Source: Candidatus Micrarchaeota archaeon
Lineage (GTDB): Archaea; Micrarchaeota; Micrarchaeia; Anstonellales; J096
Reading direction: 5' to 3'
NCBI GenBank assembly: GCA_015523325.1
Contig: WAKO01000015.1
Location: forward strand, 9,812 to 73,811
DNA: 64,000 nt
Part shown: piece after piece, positions 9,158 to 18,791 of the stretch
How positions within the stretch are numbered: position 1 is the stretch's first letter
How the letters are laid out: each line of letters starts with the position of its first letter
The notes under the pieces: model-generated
Databases searched by the model: none
The model's input: the letters and a program-made list of their open reading frames with translations, nothing else
What the model was told of the DNA's origin: nothing
Position numbers and translations under genes: made by a program

Positions 9158-12100
9158 TTAATTCACTTGAGGAAATGGATTGTAGGAGGAGCAAGCTTCT
9201 TGGGAAGGACAAGATGGATTTTGTCCCGGGCAATTTTGGCAAGGAAGCCTGTAAACATATCCAAAACAACAACTGTAGGTTTTTGTTTGTCCTCCAATAT
9301 TGAATGTCCAATACTTTGTGAATGAATACTTGCAAGTTAAAGTACAAGGTTGAACTTCATAGAGAGTGTTAACCAAATCAGCACATCCCTGAGGAGAAAG
9401 TGAAAATCCAGAAGCAACAACTTGCACTCCAGGGGTGGAGGTTATTGAAGAGAGTTCTGCATTACAATCAACAGGAGTTTCATCACAATAATCTCCTATT
9501 CCATCTCCATCCAAATCGCTTTGAGAAGGGTTTGGGATGTTAGGGCAATTATCTTGCTCATCTCCTATTCCATCTCCATCCAAATCATTTGGAAGAGGTT
9601 GGTCCCCTTGGCCATCTTGGCCATCTCCATCTCCTACTTGGTCTTTAGGGAAAACTTCTAATATATAGGAGCACTTTCCCTCTCCTTCATAAAAGCTTGC
9701 CTCATACATATCATTCTTGAACTTTATTTTTGACCTAACCTCTAAAATATCTGCAAAGTCCTTTGGTATAGAAGCGATAGGGTTTCCTTGGTTATCATTT
9801 ACATCAATAGCATCTCCAACTTGGCTTAAGTCAACTTTGACAGAAGAGGTAGAGGTAGGAGTTACCACATTTAATGTTATCTCTTTACATTCATCTTTAG
9901 GAGTTTCAGGAGTTTTTGGAACATTATCCTCTGGTATTGATTCATCCTCTATACAAGCATCTTTAATTCCCTTTTTCCAAGATTCAACTACTTTGGAAAG
10001 AGAATAAGAGCAAGGGAAGTTTCCAAGCTTATTCCTAATATAGTCTATGGACGCATCAGAAGGCTTTTTACAGAGCTCTTTTGGAATATACATCGTTCCT
10101 TTCAAATTAATATCGTATTGCCCAAGGAAAAACTTAATTAAATCAGAAGGAGAAAATCCAAGATCAATAGAAGGAGCCATCTTACTTATCAAATCCCTAA
10201 CTTCTTCTCTTCCCAATATTTCAAAAGCGCTCTCCAAAGTTTGCTCTAACTTACCAGAGGTCACAAATTCATACCCTTGTTTAATCTTTTCAACATCAAC
10301 CAAGGAAGCTGCCTTTGTTAGGAGATTTGCTGCAGTTACAGCAGTAAAGAATTTTCTTATTGCATTTATAGGGCTAGTCATTATCTTTATTACATTTAAG
10401 GAAAACCTCTCAAAATCAGCATAGGAAATTGTAAAATCAAAATCTATTTTATCAGCGACTATATAATAGGAGTAAATCCTAGTTATCTTTGGCTGAACTT
10501 CAAACCACTCACAACAATTCTCAAGGTCTGCTAAAGGAATTCCTTTCAAATACTTCTTGCCATAAGTGGTTTTTGTTTCTGTTTTTGAGGTTGGAATTGT
10601 TACTTCCTCAAGTGTTGCTCCTTCCCCCTTCAAAGCTCTCTCCTTGAGAGAAGAAGGAGATAAGCTCTTTAGTAAATACCACATAAAGTATTTTAACCCT
10701 CCCCCTCCTTGTGCTTTTATTTCATTCCACTTCTCTAGGTTTGATTTTTCCAAATCATCTAAAAATTCTTTTGCTTTTGTTCCTTCCAAAGCTGTTTCTG
10801 CTATAGGCTTTAGGGGAATACATTCTCCTTTCCCAGGATAGTCCTCAAGCCCATCCTCTACATCCTTACACTCATTTACAGCCTTTCTCCTACAATCTGC
10901 AACTGAACTCGCGTAGGAATTTTTTGCTTCCTCAAGAAGGTTTTTGTATTCATCATAAAGTTGTTGGTACTCTTTATAAACAGCATTCCATTCTTCAAGC
11001 AATTCTTGCTTTTTAGAGCCTTTTGCTTTGTTATAAGCCTCATAGAGATCATTGAGGCGGGTAGCTTTATTCAAGACATTGTCATTATAGAAGTTTGCTG
11101 CATCTCTGTCTTTTTTACAGTAATCACTTTGTTGCATACAACTCCTACAATTGCTTTCAGCACACCTACTCCACTTACTTGAACTTCCATAACCACAATT
11201 AACAACACATTTTGGAGTTAAGGCTCTTGCATCAACCTTTTTAGGAGTTAAAAGTCCTCCTTGGCCTTCTCCATCTCCTTGTCCTTCTCCATCAGGTTGT
11301 GGTGGCTGTGGAGGTTGAGGGGAAGGTGGGAAAGGTGGAAAAGGAGGTAATGGTTCTCCATCAGTAGGGGGATCAATTACAGGTGGAGGGAAAAACTCTT
11401 CATCAATTAAGGATGTTACTTCTTCCTTAAGATAATAATCTTCAGTCTCTCCTATATCAAATAAACCTCTTCCATCATAATTTTCAATAGGTTCTCCAGT
11501 TAAAGTAATTCTTATCCACCTTTCCTTTGGAAAATCTATAGGAGGGGCAAAGTAATAAACCTCTCCTTTAGGAATCTCTAATTCATAATTCCTGACAACC
11601 CAATCATCCTCTCCCCAAACTCTACAGCCATCGCTTTGGTTTAAATCAATTAATATGTTTAAGTAAAGCTTTCCATCCCAGTCCTTATTAGTTATTATTA
11701 TAATTCCATCTCTAAACCCATCATCCAAATCCCTATCAGTTATATTAGCGTCTTTCTCAACATCAACCGTATATCCAAGGAATGCTTTTGAAACATCCTT
11801 ATGCCTAGCTCCATTAGAAGAGAGTAGAGAAGGAAATCCACATTCCTCTTCAGAAGGAATCTCCAAAGCATCTCCAAAGTCAAGAAGGTTTTGAGGAATA
11901 GTTCCTTTCTTTAAATTAATCCTATAAAGCTTAACTTGCTTAGGAGGTTCTTCAAAAACCTCCCCTTCTTGTGCTTTTTCATAAAATGAGATTGCATACT
12001 GCCTTAAGTATTCTAAATCATTCTCCAAAAAGCAACCATAAAATGCTTTTGGAGTTACTCCAAATTTAGAAAGGTCTGAAAAGAGGGAACTTGCCCTTCT

Positions 12101-12505
12101 AATTCCTAACTCCTCCAAGGGATCATTTCTTTTGGAGTAAAGATCTTCTAAAAATAAAGAGAGAGAAACATTTAGAATTCCTTCATCATCATTTAAAGAG
12201 GTGAAGTAGAAGAGGTTTAAGAAGTTTTGGTAGAATTGCTTTGCTTGTTCTTCACTTTCTTGAGAAGTTCCTAAGCAATAATAAGAAGATAGTTCAGGAG
12301 GGACCACTCCTTCTTTATAAAAAACTGTCTTTTCCTCCAAATTTAATTCAATTACACTTAAGTTGGCTTCCCTCAATTTTTCTTCTATTTGAGCTTTATC
12401 AACTTGAGGCAAATTAAGCATTTCCATTAAATCTGGAGAAAGACAACCATAAGAGAATAAAAAGAAGGAAAAGGCTAGTAATAAGATTAGCCTTGCTTTA
12501 CCCAT
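9158..12505 (-). CDS. Large surface protein with GEVED-like domain, Pro-rich linker and thrombospondin type 3 repeats
   Basis: Lipobox-like FLFSYGC; LNILIDLNQSDG...RWIRITLT...GETEDY; PPFPPFPPSPQPPQPPQP; DLDGDGIGDEQDNCP...DLDGDGIGDYCD. Confidence 0.75.
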   Translation of the reverse strand: MGKARLILLLAFSFFLFSYGCLSPDLMEMLNLPQVDKAQIEEKLREANLSVIELNLEEKTVFYKEGVVPPELSSYYCLGTSQESEEQAKQFYQNFLNLFYFTSLNDDEGILNVSLSLFLEDLYSKRNDPLEELGIRRASSLFSDLSKFGVTPKAFYGCFLENDLEYLRQYAISFYEKAQEGEVFEEPPKQVKLYRINLKKGTIPQNLLDFGDALEIPSEEECGFPSLLSSNGARHKDVSKAFLGYTVDVEKDANITDRDLDDGFRDGIIIITNKDWDGKLYLNILIDLNQSDGCRVWGEDDWVVRNYELEIPKGEVYYFAPPIDFPKERWIRITLTGEPIENYDGRGLFDIGETEDYYLKEEVTSLIDEEFFPPPVIDPPTDGEPLPPFPPFPPSPQPPQPPQPDGEGQGDGEGQGGLLTPKKVDARALTPKCVVNCGYGSSSKWSRCAESNCRSCMQQSDYCKKDRDAANFYNDNVLNKATRLNDLYEAYNKAKGSKKQELLEEWNAVYKEYQQLYDEYKNLLEEAKNSYASSVADCRRKAVNECKDVEDGLEDYPGKGECIPLKPIAETALEGTKAKEFLDDLEKSNLEKWNEIKAQGGGGLKYFMWYLLKSLSPSSLKERALKGEGATLEEVTIPTSKTETKTTYGKKYLKGIPLADLENCCEWFEVQPKITRIYSYYIVADKIDFDFTISYADFERFSLNVIKIMTSPINAIRKFFTAVTAANLLTKAASLVDVEKIKQGYEFVTSGKLEQTLESAFEILGREEVRDLISKMAPSIDLGFSPSDLIKFFLGQYDINLKGTMYIPKELCKKPSDASIDYIRNKLGNFPCSYSLSKVVESWKKGIKDACIEDESIPEDNVPKTPETPKDECKEITLNVVTPTSTSSVKVDLSQVGDAIDVNDNQGNPIASIPKDFADILEVRSKIKFKNDMYEASFYEGEGKCSYILEVFPKDQVGDGDGQDGQGDQPLPNDLDGDGIGDEQDNCPNIPNPSQSDLDGDGIGDYCDETPVDCNAELSSITSTPGVQVVASGFSLSPQGCADLVNTLYEVQPCTLTCKYSFTKYWTFNIGGQTKTYSCCFGYVYRLPCQNCPGQNPSCPSQEACSSYNPFPQVN
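9491..9586. repeat. 27-bp exact direct repeat encoding the two TSP3 Ca-binding units
   Basis: atctcctattccatctccatccaaatc at 9491-9517 and 9560-9586. Confidence 0.85.
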
Positions 12506-12618
12506 GGTTTAATTAACACAAGAAAGTTTATAAAATTAAGTATTATTGAGCCGTGCTGGCTTTAAGTTGAGTAGGTTGAATAGGAAAAGTTAAATAATGT
12601 TTTGAAAAATAGAAAATT

Positions 12619-13386
12619 ATGGGTATGTTTAAGGATGGGAATAGAATAAAAGAGGAGAATAAAGAAAATGAAAGGATAAAAAGGATAAGAAAAATATTTA
12701 GAAGGGTTAATTCTTTTCTGCCCTTAATAAGCTATCCAAAAGAATCCATAAAAATAAGAAGGAAATTTGGCCTTGAAATAAAGCTTAAAGACCTTCTAAA
12801 ATATTCTGTTTATTTAAGCGTTTTTTCAGCTCTAATTGGGATAAAAACTAAAACGTTGAAAAGAATGTGTAAATGGTATGCTTTGGCAGATGCTTATGAC
12901 GATATTTTGGATGTTAAAGGAGAGGAAAACTTTCATAAAATATTTTTAGAAGAAATATTGAATGGAGAGGAGAATAAGAGAGTAAGAGAAGCTTTTATAG
13001 ATTTTATTAGAGAGGAAAGCAAAGATCAAAAAAATTATTATGAAGAAGTTGGGAGAGTTGTAAAGAGTACTTTTCCTTTGTGTAACGCTTTTTTAGAAGA
13101 GATTGGTAGGAAAGAGTTAAAAAGAGGGTTTTTTTATGGGGTCGTTTCAATAAACTTATGTGATTGCGTTGTTGATTATGAAGAGGATAAATTAAATAAT
13201 AGTAAAAACACAATTCTATTCCTTGAGGATAAAGGGTTGAGCAGAGAGAAGGCTTTGGATAAGGTTATGTTAACTATTGAGTCCTCAATAAATTTAATTA
13301 ATTACAGACCACTAAAAATTATGGCTTCTCTATATTATTTTAGAGCCTCTATAAAGGCAAAAAAGCTTAAAACGAATAAAGTGTAA
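12619..13386 (+). CDS. Hypothetical protein with class I isoprenoid-synthase-like Asp-rich motifs
   Basis: LADAYDDILD and LCDCVVDYEEDKLNNSKN in an apparently all-helical protein. Confidence 0.45.
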   Translation: MGMFKDGNRIKEENKENERIKRIRKIFRRVNSFLPLISYPKESIKIRRKFGLEIKLKDLLKYSVYLSVFSALIGIKTKTLKRMCKWYALADAYDDILDVKGEENFHKIFLEEILNGEENKRVREAFIDFIREESKDQKNYYEEVGRVVKSTFPLCNAFLEEIGRKELKRGFFYGVVSINLCDCVVDYEEDKLNNSKNTILFLEDKGLSREKALDKVMLTIESSINLINYRPLKIMASLYYFRASIKAKKLKTNKV

Positions 13387-13411
13387 TAACTAAAATAACA
13401 CAAAAAGAGGA

Positions 13412-15592
13412 ATGGGTGGGATGAGAGAAAAAGAAAAATTATTAAGAAAGATTAAACAAAAGAAAAATAATATCTTAAGCTTTGGTAAGTACTTGCTAAT
13501 CTCTCCTCTAATACTAAACCCTAGCTTAGCTAAAGAAAATTTAATGGATATTGGAGATGCTAACAGAGTGGAAATTAAGGAAATTAGTGGAGAAATTGAA
13601 ACTAAAAGAGATTCATTAAAAAAAGTTGATTTTTCAAACTCTTTGGAAAGGATTTATTTAGATTTAATAAAAAGAGAAACCATCAAGGAATTAATAGAGA
13701 GCGTTCCCCTTCCTTTATATTATACACTTACAATAAGACTTTATGAGTATTTTTATCCACATTTTGAAGATGTTATTTATAGGAGTATTCCGCATAGTGA
13801 AATTGACTCTTGGCCTGTTAGGGTTCCAGAATCAACAGGAGTTTTTGGAATGACAAAAAGGATTGTGAGAGCTGCAAAAAAGGAAAGGGAAAGGCCTAGG
13901 CATAGTGTGGAGGTTAAAAAAATAAGAAGAGAATGGATGTATGCAAAAGATAATGAGCAAGCAGCATTCAACCACCTTAAGAAAATTGCTAAAGTAAACG
14001 CAAAAGGAAACTATAAGAAGTTTGTAGATTACTTGCTTTATCTTTATTTGCACACAGGAGATATCTTAACTCCATGGGGGGCTGTTAAAAGAGCTAGGAC
14101 AGGGTTTGTATTGGGTAGTGGATTAACTCCTGTAGGAGGGAAGTTAGTTGATTTTGATAAGAGAATTGTTGGGTTGGTTGCATCTCTTTCTGATGATTTG
14201 AGCTTACTAGAGAATGGAGAAGCATATGTATCAAGAGAAATGGCAAGAGCAATAAGATCACACTATAAATACTATTTAGAGGATATTTATGATAGGGTTG
14301 AAGGAAGGAGATTTGAGGGTTACCTGACTAAATCACTAAATGAGGAAGAGTGGAATAGAGTTGTGGAAGCTTATAGGAGATGGGAGAAAGGAAAGATTTA
14401 TTATCTTGGTGGCCCAAGAGATTTAGAGTTAGACTATATTAGAAAAAACATGGGATTGGCTATTGCTTCTCAATTAACAGAAAGATTATCTTCAAAAAAA
14501 GGAAAAGAGCTTTTTGATTATTTTGTAAAAACAAAGAGGAAAGAGATATGGATAATGCCTCAAAAAGACATTACTTTAGATTTAGTTCCAAAAAGTTGGG
14601 TTTCTGGGCTTTATGTTGAATATGCTTTATCAAACACAGGAAGATGGAGAAAAGAGATGGGAGAGCATATACTAAATAATCTATTTGAAAAGTTTAAGAG
14701 AGCTCTTGAGAATAACTTGAAAAAAGAGGAGATAGAGGTTGAGGTTTATAGGAAAGGAAAGGAGTTTTTTGAAGAAAACGAAATAAGAAGTGAATTTGAA
14801 GTTAATGGAGAAAGGTTTGGAGCTCATATAAGGCAATGGTTAGAGTATTTTATAAGAAAAAGAAATGGAGAGAGCTTTAGTTTAGAAGAATACAAAAAAA
14901 TAATTGAGATAGCAACAGCAACAGAGGCTTATTTTATAACTACGCAATTTAAATTATCTGATAAAATAACTTTGTTTTATACAATAAACAAAAGCGATTT
15001 GGTAGACACAATAAATGTTCAAAATATCCCAAACCTTGGGAGAGTAAAAAAACCTAGAGTTAAAGACGTATACTATTTGGAACAAGAAGAGAAAAGAATG
15101 ATGTTAATGGTAATAGACCAACCAATACAAGGAATTATCCATGATTTTTCAATAAAAACAGAAAAAGGAGAGTATTATGGAATTATTAAATTTACAAGGT
15201 TTGGAGCTTTAAATCATGGAGTTTATCTCTTAATTTATAAGGATGGAAAACCTTTTGCAAGCTTTTCAAAAGAATTGCCATCAGACCTAATAATTTATGG
15301 TTGGACAGTATTGGATAAGAAAACTCCTGATATAGTTGGAGAAGTTATTAGTTCAACAGCTTCCTTTAAACCTTATCTTGAAATTGGGTATGATATTAGG
15401 GAGGAGGAAGGAGTTATCCTAGATTTATTTTTTGGAATAGATATTAAAGAGGAACCAACTAGAAGACGTGAAACAATTTTAAGGAGAGGAGAGGAAATAC
15501 CAAAGAGGGGGCTAGCTATTAGGTTTGAGATAGATAGGTTTGGAAATAAAATAAAGACGGAGGAGCCGTATTTATATGAATGGGAAGAATGA
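13412..15592 (+). CDS. Hypothetical protein, possible signal peptide after a basic N-terminus
   Basis: 726 aa ORF with coding-strand purine bias; no family recognised. Confidence 0.6.
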   Translation: MGGMREKEKLLRKIKQKKNNILSFGKYLLISPLILNPSLAKENLMDIGDANRVEIKEISGEIETKRDSLKKVDFSNSLERIYLDLIKRETIKELIESVPLPLYYTLTIRLYEYFYPHFEDVIYRSIPHSEIDSWPVRVPESTGVFGMTKRIVRAAKKERERPRHSVEVKKIRREWMYAKDNEQAAFNHLKKIAKVNAKGNYKKFVDYLLYLYLHTGDILTPWGAVKRARTGFVLGSGLTPVGGKLVDFDKRIVGLVASLSDDLSLLENGEAYVSREMARAIRSHYKYYLEDIYDRVEGRRFEGYLTKSLNEEEWNRVVEAYRRWEKGKIYYLGGPRDLELDYIRKNMGLAIASQLTERLSSKKGKELFDYFVKTKRKEIWIMPQKDITLDLVPKSWVSGLYVEYALSNTGRWRKEMGEHILNNLFEKFKRALENNLKKEEIEVEVYRKGKEFFEENEIRSEFEVNGERFGAHIRQWLEYFIRKRNGESFSLEEYKKIIEIATATEAYFITTQFKLSDKITLFYTINKSDLVDTINVQNIPNLGRVKKPRVKDVYYLEQEEKRMMLMVIDQPIQGIIHDFSIKTEKGEYYGIIKFTRFGALNHGVYLLIYKDGKPFASFSKELPSDLIIYGWTVLDKKTPDIVGEVISSTASFKPYLEIGYDIREEEGVILDLFFGIDIKEEPTRRRETILRRGEEIPKRGLAIRFEIDRFGNKIKTEEPYLYEWEE

Positions 15593-16010
15593 AGAAGAAA
15601 GGATAAAGTTTAAGGAAAAAATGCTAGAAGAGTTTGAGAGGTTTATTGATTTTTATTTAAAAGAAGAGGAATATTGTCCTTGGGTAAATGAAATAGGGAT
15701 AGAAGAGCTATTAGATAGGATAAAAGGAGAGTTGGAGGAAGTTAAAGAGGAAATTGAAAAGGGAGAGAAAGAGAAGCTTATTGAAGAAGTAGGGGATGTA
15801 TTTAGAGGTTCATTTTTGCTTTTAGTTAAATCCTCCTATAACATAGGGGAAAATCCACACATAGTAATAAAAAGAGTCTTAGAAAAAATAAAGAGGAGAA
15901 AACCTTGGGTTATTGAAGAGAGAAAAGTTTCCCTCAAAGAATCATTGGAGATATGGCAACAAAAAAAGGAGGAGGAAAAAAATTTTAGGGGAAATTCTAA
16001 GAAAGAATGA
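15576..16010 (+). CDS. mazG: MazG-family nucleotide pyrophosphohydrolase (single domain)
   Basis: CPW, ELEEVKEEI, EEVGDV, KIKRRKPWV and W..KKEE motifs. Confidence 0.8.
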   Translation: MNGKNEEERIKFKEKMLEEFERFIDFYLKEEEYCPWVNEIGIEELLDRIKGELEEVKEEIEKGEKEKLIEEVGDVFRGSFLLLVKSSYNIGENPHIVIKRVLEKIKRRKPWVIEERKVSLKESLEIWQQKKEEEKNFRGNSKKE

Positions 16011-17013
16011 GGTCTTTAGCTGCTTTAACAGAATTGAACCTATTAGCCCATTTAGAAAATGACTTTATGAAGTCTTCAAAAAAGTTTAACTCTTCAATAG
16101 CTCTCTCTATAATTAGAGGAGAAAGATGATCTCTTGGGAGGTACTTTCCAACCTTTAGTTTCTCTACTCCTTTTGCGTTGTTTATCCTCTCAACATGGTT
16201 TGGAGAAGGAGAAACTAAGAGAGGAACTCCTAAAAGAATTGCTTCCATTATTGTTGAATGTCCTCCATGAGTTAAAATCCAAGAGGAGTTTTTGTAGTAA
16301 TCTCTTATGTTTTTTTTCCTTACTAAGGAACCTTTAGAGATGTATTTGTTAACAACTTTATAGCTTAAATTTGAAAGATCCTCTAAGAAAGAGTAATCTT
16401 TATCCAAAGCTCCAAGAGACAAAACTCCATAACTCTCCTTTAATTTTTTTGAAGAAGTTGGTGGAGAAACTAGAGGACCTATGAATTCCATGTTCTCAAA
16501 ATCCCTCAAGTTTTCAAAAGAAACTGTATAGGGAGGAGGGAAATCACAAACTAAGATTTTATCAATGCCAGTAAGCAACTTCTCCACAAGTCTATCAACA
16601 ACCTTCTTATTATTTTTAAAGAATATGCTCAAATCAGTGTTATTTGTTATAAAAAAGCATTCTTTTTTATAAATCTTAGAGAGCAAAAGTCCTAATAAAG
16701 AGGAGTCAACAACAACTTTATTTGCTTCTTTGGTTAGAGAAGAGGTTAACTTAAAACTGGTTACATCAAACTGCTTTAATAAAGAAGAGATAGTGTCAAA
16801 AAAATCCAACTCTTTTTCATTAAACTTAAGGAGATAAGGTCTTTTAATCTCAATAAGTTTAGCTTCTTCATAAATCTTCTCTTCTCTCAAAAACTTTATT
16901 CCCTCTCCAAAGCTAACAACTACCAATTCCTCTTCCTTTGATAGCTCTTTTATCAATTTTATGCTCCTAGCGGCATGCCCAAACCCCGTTCCTTCAACAA
17001 AAAAAAGTATCAT
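15997..17013 (-). CDS. GT-B glycosyltransferase (GT28/MJ1255-like)
   Basis: GTGFGHAARS N-terminal motif, THGGHSTIMEA and ERINNA C-terminal motifs. Confidence 0.85.
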   Translation of the reverse strand: MILFFVEGTGFGHAARSIKLIKELSKEEELVVVSFGEGIKFLREEKIYEEAKLIEIKRPYLLKFNEKELDFFDTISSLLKQFDVTSFKLTSSLTKEANKVVVDSSLLGLLLSKIYKKECFFITNNTDLSIFFKNNKKVVDRLVEKLLTGIDKILVCDFPPPYTVSFENLRDFENMEFIGPLVSPPTSSKKLKESYGVLSLGALDKDYSFLEDLSNLSYKVVNKYISKGSLVRKKNIRDYYKNSSWILTHGGHSTIMEAILLGVPLLVSPSPNHVERINNAKGVEKLKVGKYLPRDHLSPLIIERAIEELNFFEDFIKSFSKWANRFNSVKAAKDLILS

Positions 17014-17066
17014 AGACTTTTAAGATCAACAAATTTTTAAAAATCTCCATACTCTCTAAGAAGATT

Positions 17067-17975
17067 ATGGTTTTAGTTAGAGAATCAAAAAACCCTATTT
17101 TTAAACCTAAGTTTGAATGGGAAAAGAGAGGGGTTTTCAATCCTTCCATTTTTTATGATGGAGAAGTAATTCACATGCTTTATAGAGGTGTTGATGAAAG
17201 AGGGGTTTCAAGGATAGGATATGCTTATAGCAAGGATGGAATACATTTCAATAGGCTAGAAAAACCAATATTAGAGCCTTCCACCAAATTTGATGCCTTT
17301 GGGTGTGAGGATCCAAGGCTAACTTATATTGAGGAGGAAAAATTATTTTACTTAACATATGTTGGGATAGATAATGAGAGGTTTGATGCTCCAAAAACAG
17401 CTTTGGCTAAAGGAAGGAGTTTTCTAGCTCTAAAAAAAGAAGGAATTATAAGTGGGGCTTACAACAAGGATGTAATAATATTTCCAAAGAAAATTAAAGA
17501 GAAATATGTTGTTTTGCATAGGCCTTATCACTACATAGAAAAGCCTAGCATAAGGATAAGCTTTCAGTCCTCTCTAAAAAAAATAGAAGAAGGGGAAGAA
17601 CTAATAAAAACAAAGGAAGAGAAAGTTGGGAGTGGATTTGTAGTAGAGCTAGAGGATTATTGGTTGTTAATTTATCATGAGGTTATAGGAGACTTTAATA
17701 AAAATAATCCAAGAGGGATAAAATATGTTGGAAAAGCTGCTTTACTTGAAAAAGACAATCCTAAGAAAGTTGTTGGAATTTCCCCTCCTATACTAACCCC
17801 AAAGGAAAAGTATGAGTTAGAAGGAATAATCCATAGCGTAGTTTTTCCTTCAGGAGGGTTCATAAAAAACAACATGTTACACGTTTATTATGGGGCTGCT
17901 GATTATTGTGTTGGACTTGCAAGGATTGAAGTGGATAAGCTTATAAAAGTAATTGAAGGAGATAAAAAAGAGTAA
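17067..17975 (+). CDS. GH130-family glycosidase/mannoside phosphorylase
   Basis: GVFNP, MLYRG, SRIGYAYSKDG, GCEDPR, NKD, HRP, VVFPSG, YYGAAD. Confidence 0.88.
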   Translation: MVLVRESKNPIFKPKFEWEKRGVFNPSIFYDGEVIHMLYRGVDERGVSRIGYAYSKDGIHFNRLEKPILEPSTKFDAFGCEDPRLTYIEEEKLFYLTYVGIDNERFDAPKTALAKGRSFLALKKEGIISGAYNKDVIIFPKKIKEKYVVLHRPYHYIEKPSIRISFQSSLKKIEEGEELIKTKEEKVGSGFVVELEDYWLLIYHEVIGDFNKNNPRGIKYVGKAALLEKDNPKKVVGISPPILTPKEKYELEGIIHSVVFPSGGFIKNNMLHVYYGAADYCVGLARIEVDKLIKVIEGDKKE

Positions 17976-18001
17976 AAAACAAAAAGCTTAGAGGTATAAA
18001 A

Positions 18002-18580
18002 TTATTCAACCTTAATTTCTTTTCCTTTTTCTGTTTCTTTTTTCTTAACCTTTAACCTTACTTCTAAAACCCCGTTGTTGTAATTAGCCTTTATTTTATC
18101 CTCTTCAACCTCTGAAGGAAGGTTAATCTTTTTATAGTACTTTCTCTCTGGAGTATTGACTTTTATCTCTAGCTTATCCTTATAAGCTATTAATTTTATG
18201 TCCTCTTTTTTAACTCCGGGAACTTCTGCAATTATTAAGAGTTCATCTCCATGCTCTTGAACCTCTACCAATGGCTCTCTCACTCCAATTAGCTCTTCCT
18301 TTCCCTCTTCTATTGCCTCTATAGAAGGCTTTATGTTACCAAATTCCTTTATTATTGGCTTTCCATCTTTTCCAATCCTTATGCTTAATCCATAAACCTT
18401 TGCTTTTGGGTCTTTAACCAGCTTTTGAATATGCTCCTCATCAAAACTCATTAAATCTCTCATTAAATCCCTAAATATTTGCCTTATATCTCTAAAGTAA
18501 TCCTCAAAATAATCCTCCAACCCTAAGAAGAAATCATAATCATCATAATCCTTTTTCTTCCTATTTTTGTTTCCTTCCAT
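18002..18580 (-). CDS. Archaeal small heat-shock protein Hsp20
   Basis: VYGLSIRIGKDGKPIIKEFGN, EPLVEV, AEVPGVKKEDI, ANYNNGVLEV. Confidence 0.93.
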   Translation of the reverse strand: MEGNKNRKKKDYDDYDFFLGLEDYFEDYFRDIRQIFRDLMRDLMSFDEEHIQKLVKDPKAKVYGLSIRIGKDGKPIIKEFGNIKPSIEAIEEGKEELIGVREPLVEVQEHGDELLIIAEVPGVKKEDIKLIAYKDKLEIKVNTPERKYYKKINLPSEVEEDKIKANYNNGVLEVRLKVKKKETEKGKEIKVE

Positions 18581-18791
18581 AATTACACCTCCTTTCTTAA
18601 AACTTCAGAACTAAGTTTCTATAATATTTTGTTGTTTTAGGGGTTTTAATAACTTTCTTAAAATTTAAGGAGAATATAGGGATAAGTTTGGAATTTTTTA
18701 CCTAATAAACGCTATTTTTGTTGAAAAATTAATAAAAAATACGCTTTTTTCTGGATAAGAGTTAAATAAAAGGAAAAATGTAGCATTTTTT

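Noticed and set aside
9048..16010. Possible island integrated at tRNA-Thr
   Set aside because: No integrase and no duplicate of the tRNA 3' end seen; composition similar to the rest of the window
18600..18625. Imperfect palindrome AACTT-CAGAACT-AAGTT upstream of hsp20 as a heat-shock operator
   Set aside because: Short, AT-rich and not matching an operator I can name; could be chance
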